Shown here one piece after another: positions 27,488 through 33,146 of a stretch of 33,146 nt of DNA (positions are counted from its first letter, which is position 1; every line of letters begins with the position of its first letter). The notes under the pieces are model-generated. The model was not told where the DNA came from. It worked only from the letters and a program-made list of their open reading frames with translations, and did no database searches. Made by a program: the position numbers and the translations under genes. The stretch comes from a bacterium (GTDB taxonomy: Bacteria; SZUA-182; DTGQ01): NCBI GenBank assembly GCA_040752695.1, contig JBFMGO010000068.1:1-33146 (forward strand), read 5' to 3'.

Positions 27488-29608
27488 ATGCAAATGTCCG
27501 ATAGAGCCAGAATCAAAAAACACATCAGCCAAAAGGCGAAACAACCCAAAACTCTGAAAGAATCGGTATCTGATTGCCGGAAAGCGGAGGATAAGACCCA
27601 ATATGACTGCCTGGACCTTGAACAGGTATTCAATGCTGCGGTTCCCTTGTGTATGATCGATAAGGATTTTACCGTACTGCGGGTTAATGACGCATTCTGC
27701 TCTCTTTTTGGCATACAGAGAGATGAGGTTGTAGGCAGGGTTTGCCACGAGGTATGGCAGGGCTGGGCCTGTAAAACTCCTTCATGCCCGATGCAGCAGA
27801 TCCTCAGCGGCAGGAAGATCAGCGAGTATGAGATAGATAAAAAAACCCCCGATGGAAGGGTGGTTTCGTGTATCATAGTCGCCGTCCCCTATCTTAGGTC
27901 TGATGGTGAGGTGATTGGAGTTGTTGAGAATTTTACCGATATTACCGAGCGAAAACAGATAGAGAAAGAGTTTAAGGAATACCGGATACACCTTGAGGAG
28001 GTAGTAAAAGACCGCACGATCCAACTCACCGCTGCCAATGAAAGGCTCCAGCAGGAAATTTCAGAGCGCAAACGGGCCGAGGAAGCTGCCAATATCGCTT
28101 ACGCTGAACTCAACCAGATATTCAATGCGGCTGCTGACGGGATGTGCGTGATCGGCAAGGATTTCAGGGTGATTCGGGCCAATGAGACCTTTTACACTCT
28201 CTTTGGCTTGAAAAGGGAGGACATAGAAGGGAAAAACTGCTACGAAACCTTCCACCACACCCTGTGCGACGCTTTTGCCTGTCCGATTTCTCTGAAATTC
28301 AACGATGAGAAAACCTATGAGCGTGATGTAGAAATAAACCGTAAAGATGGTACCAAAGTTACCTGTATTTTGACAGCCACACCCTTCCGCAGCCCTGAGG
28401 GAGAGGTGATCGGTTTTGTGGAAAATTTTAAGGATATCACTGAGCATAAAAGGGCAGAGGAGGAGCTCCAAAGAGCTCAGAAGCTTGAATCCATCGGGAT
28501 TCTGGCCGGTGGCATCGCCCATGACTTTAACAATTTATTGACCGCTATTATCGGTAACCTGTCTTTGCTCGACCTGTATCTAAGATCCGAAAACAATGTT
28601 TCCAGGGTCCTGAGGGAGACGGAAAAAGCTTCCCAGCAGGCAAAACACCTGACCAGTCAGCTTCTTACCTTCTCTAAAGGCGGATTGCCGGTTAAGAAAA
28701 CCACCTCTATTTCAGAAATAATAAAAAATGCGGCAGACTTTGCTTTGAGCGGTTCGAAGACCAGATGTGAACTGTCTCTGCCTGACGATCTGTGGTGGGC
28801 TGAAATCGATGAGGGGCAGATCAGTCAGGCACTCAACAACCTGCTGATCAATGCCAGCCAGGCCATGCCCGAAGGCGGCATCATAGCCATAAGCGCTGAA
28901 AACCTCATCGCCGGAGCCATGAGTGGCTTGCCGTTGAAAGAGGGAAAGTACGTAAGGATATCCATAAAGGACCAGGGAGTCGGAATACCGGAAAAATATC
29001 TCAATCAGGTATTTGATCCTTACTTTACCACCAAGCTGCAGGGGAGCGGCCTTGGCCTGTCTATTACCTACTCCATTATTAAAAGCCACGGCGGGTATAT
29101 CAGCGTGGAATCCCAGGTGGGAGTCGGAACGGTTTTTCATATCTATCTGCCTTCTTCGGAGAAGGAATCCCCGGCAATGAAAGAGATCCCAGAGGAAGGG
29201 CTCTGTTCCGGCAGGGGAAGAGTCCTTTTTATGGATGATCAGGAAAGTCTCAGAGATATGGTTGGAGAGATGCTTATCGATCTGGGATATGAGGTTGAGC
29301 TAGCCAAAGAGGGTGAAGAGGCAATCGAAATCTACGAGCAGGCCAGGGAATCGAAAAGACCCTTCGACGCTGTTATCCTCGATCTCACGATACCCGGCGG
29401 TATGGGAGGGGAAGAGGCCATCAAGAAACTCCAGAGCATAGACCCGGAAGTTAAAGCGATCGTGTCCAGTGGTTATTCTCAGGATCCTATCATGTCGGAA
29501 TACCGGCAATACGGCTTCAGTGAAGTAGTGGCCAAGCCATACGGAATCAAGGAGTTGAGCGAGGTATTGCATAAGGTGATAGAAACAAAAGATTTTTCAC
29601 CCGCCTGA
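27488..29608 (+). CDS. Cytoplasmic PAS-PAS hybrid histidine kinase/receiver
   Basis: No TM segment; two Cys-rich PAS domains; AHDFNNLL; GSGLGL; receiver FMDD...ILDLTIPG. Confidence 0.95.
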   Translation: MQMSDRARIKKHISQKAKQPKTLKESVSDCRKAEDKTQYDCLDLEQVFNAAVPLCMIDKDFTVLRVNDAFCSLFGIQRDEVVGRVCHEVWQGWACKTPSCPMQQILSGRKISEYEIDKKTPDGRVVSCIIVAVPYLRSDGEVIGVVENFTDITERKQIEKEFKEYRIHLEEVVKDRTIQLTAANERLQQEISERKRAEEAANIAYAELNQIFNAAADGMCVIGKDFRVIRANETFYTLFGLKREDIEGKNCYETFHHTLCDAFACPISLKFNDEKTYERDVEINRKDGTKVTCILTATPFRSPEGEVIGFVENFKDITEHKRAEEELQRAQKLESIGILAGGIAHDFNNLLTAIIGNLSLLDLYLRSENNVSRVLRETEKASQQAKHLTSQLLTFSKGGLPVKKTTSISEIIKNAADFALSGSKTRCELSLPDDLWWAEIDEGQISQALNNLLINASQAMPEGGIIAISAENLIAGAMSGLPLKEGKYVRISIKDQGVGIPEKYLNQVFDPYFTTKLQGSGLGLSITYSIIKSHGGYISVESQVGVGTVFHIYLPSSEKESPAMKEIPEEGLCSGRGRVLFMDDQESLRDMVGEMLIDLGYEVELAKEGEEAIEIYEQARESKRPFDAVILDLTIPGGMGGEEAIKKLQSIDPEVKAIVSSGYSQDPIMSEYRQYGFSEVVAKPYGIKELSEVLHKVIETKDFSPA

Positions 29609-29705
29609 TAAGGAGAAAACTCACCTGCCCGGTGAGAAAGATTCCTTGATAAATATCCCTCCCAAAGACGCTGAAAAATGCCCCCACAAGGGAAATCATA
29701 TTTTT

Positions 29706-29737
29706 TTGACAGCAGACGACCGAACTTGCTATATATT
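29706..29737 (+). promoter_or_regulatory. Possible sigma70 promoter for the cytochrome gene
   Basis: TTGACA followed after 18 bp by TATATA with a TGn extension. Confidence 0.45.
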
Positions 29738-29856
29738 AAGAGTACTTCCAGTAAATCTGATCTACTGATTATCTATTCTTAGATATGCCCTTACCCGTAT
29801 TGGATGGATTCTCAATACCTCGTCCATAAAAAGAAGGAGAATAAAGGAGAATAGCA

Positions 29857-31788
29857 GTGAAGGCGAGATATATACAGGCAGTGCCGGTTCTATTGCTTTT
29901 ATTTGCTCTACCGTTGATCAACGGCTGTTCGATGTGGTCAAAAACGATCAATTTCATGATGCCCGACGACAGCCGTCCGGCCAAGGTTCCCTTTTCTTCG
30001 CACAGAGCAACGCAGGAAGAGTTCGAGGCGATTGCCTCCCGCCTGACGAGTGAATTTTCTCAGAGGCTTAAGCCTGTCGAACAGTTCAAACATATCGAAC
30101 AGTTCCGAAAGGCAGGTCTTTTGACCTATGAAGGGCCAAAGACCTGCCTTTTGTGTCACCGGAAGATTTCGGTTACGGACCCAGCAAGCGGGAAAAAAAT
30201 TGCCGTTGATCTTTTGGACAACATTACTACCTCCTCACACTACCGCTTCTTTTCCAAAAGACATCCGAATGTTTACGGCTTTAACGGCAAACTGGCCGAT
30301 GACTTCCCGATGGGAAAAATCGACCGGCCCTGTCCCAAACCAGGCTCCTTTGCCATGACCGCCTGGGCCGAACTGGTGGTCACGGAAAAGGGGAGCACTC
30401 TGTCCGAAGGGTGCGGCCAGTGTCACATCGGAGGCCAGTACCAGGCTCCTTTGGGAGAGATGATGCCGCTCTACAGCTCTCTGGACAGAGAAAAGAAAGC
30501 AATCGATTGCCTCATTTGCCATGCGGCTGCTTATGACATGAACAAAAAGCAGATAGTCACCGACGGGAACGGCCGGCTCAGATGGGGTCAGGACCGCTCC
30601 CTTTTGGCTGCCGTGTCTGTCACCAGGCCAACGGCTCAGGCCTGCCTTCGATGCCACCAGCATAACATGGGCGGCGACATCTATATCGACCCGAATGATC
30701 CATCATACATGCAAAGCACCCAAAACCTGGGACACGACCGGCCACGAATCCGACATCCCGGCTCAAAGAGGGGCACACCCTATTCGCCATCCTGGGATGT
30801 ACATGCCGCTGCCGGTCTATCCTGCATCGAATGCCACCTTACCAAAGGACACCATATTGCCAAGGGAACCCATACCACCACCATCATGGCCAATGATCTT
30901 CCGGATGTTGAAGTCTCCTGCGAAAAGTGCCATACCAATGAGCCCCATAAGAAGAGTCTGGCGGATCATCTGAATATGCACAGCGAAAAGGTCGCCTGCC
31001 AGACCTGCCATATACCCTCTTTGCACCCTGACAGCGCAACATTGCGGGATTTCAGCGATCCGGTCTTTGAGGAAGATCCTGGAATTTATCTCTACCATGA
31101 CCTGAAAAAGGAAACCGAGCCGGGAAAAGGAATCGTATATGTCTGGTGGAACGGCGATGCCAGCTTCCTTGGCAATCCTATCGGAGATAACCCCAATGGC
31201 GCTAATCTCTACCGGTTTTATCAGCCTGCCCATGTCTGGCCGGAATTCAAAGACTTCGACTATGAAGCCTGGTATGAAAAGGTGATGCGCCCCATTGCAA
31301 AAAAAGGGAGGGCATCCAAGATTTATCCGGTCAAGCTCTTCAATGGCAAGCAGCATATCGACCTTGGAAACATCGGACCTTTCGGAGGTATGTTCGTTCC
31401 TTATAACCTGCCCATCTATTACACGAAAGGCGATCCTGATCTGGCTGCCTCAAAAGAGATGGAAAAGAGCATGATGAAAAAAATGTACGGCTGGATGTTC
31501 GATATCTACCTGATGAATAAGTTCATGACCTTTATGGACGACGGATCAAAAGAGTATCTCACGGGATGGAATACCAAGTCATATCAGGATGTTTTGAACA
31601 TGACCAGGGGAAAAGTGGAAGCGCGCTGGATCCCCCAGGATGCCTCGCTGGAAATCAATCATGCCATCAGACGAAAAGGCGCCCTTTCCTGTACAGACTG
31701 CCATACCCCACATGGGGTGCTGGATTGGAAAGCCCTCGGATATACCCAGGATCAGATCAGGGAACTGGAGAAAAACCCGATGGAATAG
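29857..31788 (+). CDS. Octaheme c-type cytochrome lipoprotein, resembling the octaheme tetrathionate reductase (OTR) family
   Basis: Eight CxxCH motifs (CLLCH, CGQCH, CLICH, CLRCH, CIECH, CEKCH, CQTCH, CTDCH), the eighth far C-terminal after INHAI; lipobox LINGC; AAGGAG RBS with GTG start. Family assignment is by heme spacing. Confidence 0.9.
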   Translation: MKARYIQAVPVLLLLFALPLINGCSMWSKTINFMMPDDSRPAKVPFSSHRATQEEFEAIASRLTSEFSQRLKPVEQFKHIEQFRKAGLLTYEGPKTCLLCHRKISVTDPASGKKIAVDLLDNITTSSHYRFFSKRHPNVYGFNGKLADDFPMGKIDRPCPKPGSFAMTAWAELVVTEKGSTLSEGCGQCHIGGQYQAPLGEMMPLYSSLDREKKAIDCLICHAAAYDMNKKQIVTDGNGRLRWGQDRSLLAAVSVTRPTAQACLRCHQHNMGGDIYIDPNDPSYMQSTQNLGHDRPRIRHPGSKRGTPYSPSWDVHAAAGLSCIECHLTKGHHIAKGTHTTTIMANDLPDVEVSCEKCHTNEPHKKSLADHLNMHSEKVACQTCHIPSLHPDSATLRDFSDPVFEEDPGIYLYHDLKKETEPGKGIVYVWWNGDASFLGNPIGDNPNGANLYRFYQPAHVWPEFKDFDYEAWYEKVMRPIAKKGRASKIYPVKLFNGKQHIDLGNIGPFGGMFVPYNLPIYYTKGDPDLAASKEMEKSMMKKMYGWMFDIYLMNKFMTFMDDGSKEYLTGWNTKSYQDVLNMTRGKVEARWIPQDASLEINHAIRRKGALSCTDCHTPHGVLDWKALGYTQDQIRELEKNPME

Positions 31789-31806
31789 CATCCTTTCCCT
31801 CTCTTT

Positions 31807-32601
31807 CTATCCTTTCCACCCTCTCCTGGCTCCGGCTATTCCGGCCAGACCAAAGAAAAGAAGCAGGCAGACAGAAGGAAGAGGAACGGCAGAGGTGTTC
31901 TCGGCATCGTTTTTTGAGGGTGCTTCGACAGTATCGACAGCCCGTAATTCATCGGTATCTTCCTGCCACTGCCAATATCCGTCGCTGCTGGCAAGCCATT
32001 CTTCATCATAGAGATATAAATCAGGTTGGATAGAGTAAAAGGAAGGATCAAGGCCCATGCTATACGCAGCATAGCGCCGTTTTTGACTGAAATCGAAATT
32101 TTTAAAAAATCTGCCCCGAACCTTACCTGCACCTTGTGTTCTTCGCTGGAGTGGATGTGGTGACAGGGTATGGGCCCAATCGAAGGATATAAGATTATGG
32201 GCTACTTTCGATACGGTCGTGTTGCTATCGATAACGGCATTCAGGAAATCGAGTTCCCAGTCATCGGTGTCTTCACCACTTAAAACAGTACTCCCGCCAC
32301 TGAAGCTGCCTGGTAAAGCAACCAGGGAATTGGGGTCACCGGGATGATGAGCAAGCCCGCTTAAGGGGAGGGAAGTTATCAAAGTCGGGTCTTCTTTACC
32401 TTCATCTTCCATGGAGACATCGATTAAGGCAATATTACTCCTTTGTGTCAAGGTCCCGGCATGGTCATTGGCCGGTTTTGCAGCCTTGATAACAGTTGAA
32501 AGTATCCGGCGGGAAAGCCTGTTAAAGAATGTGACTCCTGCCTGTGCTCCAGCAAAGTATAACAGTAGGACCATTGACACAAAAATTATTATCTTTTTCA
32601 T
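31807..32601 (-). CDS. Exported protein with VPLP/PEP-CTERM-type sorting signal
   Basis: Signal peptide MKKIIIFVSMVLLLYFAGAQA from ATG at 32601; C-terminus AVPLPSVCLLLFFGLAGIAGARRGWKG (motif + TM helix + basic tail). Confidence 0.82.
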   Translation of the reverse strand: MKKIIIFVSMVLLLYFAGAQAGVTFFNRLSRRILSTVIKAAKPANDHAGTLTQRSNIALIDVSMEDEGKEDPTLITSLPLSGLAHHPGDPNSLVALPGSFSGGSTVLSGEDTDDWELDFLNAVIDSNTTVSKVAHNLISFDWAHTLSPHPLQRRTQGAGKVRGRFFKNFDFSQKRRYAAYSMGLDPSFYSIQPDLYLYDEEWLASSDGYWQWQEDTDELRAVDTVEAPSKNDAENTSAVPLPSVCLLLFFGLAGIAGARRGWKG

Positions 32602-33110
32602 AATTTCCCTGCCCTTTGGGGTTACTGAAAACCTACTGCTCTTCATTTTACTTCTCACGGCTTGCCTTCAACCGCATGTCCTGGTTCCAATGCCAAACGA
32701 ATATACAATTTGGTACTGCCTGCTGTTAAATTACCGAACAGGTAATAATCATTGGTAAATCATTGTTGGATCCTCTTCGCAGTTGATGGTGGGGCCCCTC
32801 CTGGTTTTATGGATGTTTTCAAGGATGAAAGACTGTTCTCAAGGATTAGTGACTGTTCAGTAATCTTCTTCTAACACCGTGTACATTCAATGTGCAGCCA
32901 GTTATCATACCATGGAGTGGAGGAAGGCTATTTTCACTTCACTCAGGGACATGCCTTTGAAGGGCGGCTGCTGCGATGGCAGCATCTTAACCGGCTGGGC
33001 AAGCGACAAGGCATGTTTAATAAGGAACAAGATATTAAGATGCATAATTTATTCCATGGCTGGCAATGGTGTCGGCTGCATACAGGAGGGGAAAAAATCT
33101 GGAGAGGGCC

Positions 33111-33146
33111 TCAACATCTTCCCCTCTGATGCGGGGAAGATGTTGA
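33111..33146. terminator. 14-bp perfect inverted repeat at the window end (terminator or REP-like hairpin)
   Basis: TCAACATCTTCCCC-8 nt-GGGGAAGATGTTGA. Confidence 0.55.

Noticed and set aside
29646..29659. FNR-like site TTGAT-AAAT-ATCCC upstream of the cytochrome
   Set aside because: The second half-site has two mismatches to ATCAA; too weak alone.
2066..32758. Many short ORFs overlapping the large genes on the opposite strand or in alternate frames
   Set aside because: Shadow ORFs within well-supported CDSs, with no independent motifs.
32890..33129. 79-aa plus ORF
   Set aside because: No RBS or motif; it ends inside the terminal hairpin and the antisense frame is also interrupted.

Overview
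Bacterial window, probably from an anaerobe with Deltaproteobacteria-like signalling (inference), dominated by signal transduction. It holds two sigma54 two-component pairs (2031-5715 minus; 15054-18136 plus) and three paralogous PAS hybrid kinase-receiver genes (6246, 24044, 27488). Other genes: a 3'-truncated RavA/MoxR AAA+ ATPase on the minus strand (missed by the ORF track), a large secreted C25 (gingipain-like) protease with HYR and dockerin domains, a BepA-like M48/TPR protease, an octaheme c-type cytochrome lipoprotein and a VPLP/PEP-CTERM-type protein. tRNA-Arg(CCT) is followed by a decayed island: att-like repeats, an IS66 fragment, a nonsense-interrupted secreted-protein gene and a DUF4382 lipoprotein. 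Two signals stand out. (1) A near-consensus sigma54 promoter with palindromic enhancer sites appears to drive a ~225-nt transcript carrying two perfect Shine-Dalgarno motifs but no properly spaced start codon, closed by a 14-bp hairpin just upstream of a two-component system (candidate novel sRNA). (2) Five PAS domains in four kinases share an invariant C-x8-C-x4-C-x27-C motif (candidate Fe-S/metal sensor). All calls are from manual reading; no database searches were run.
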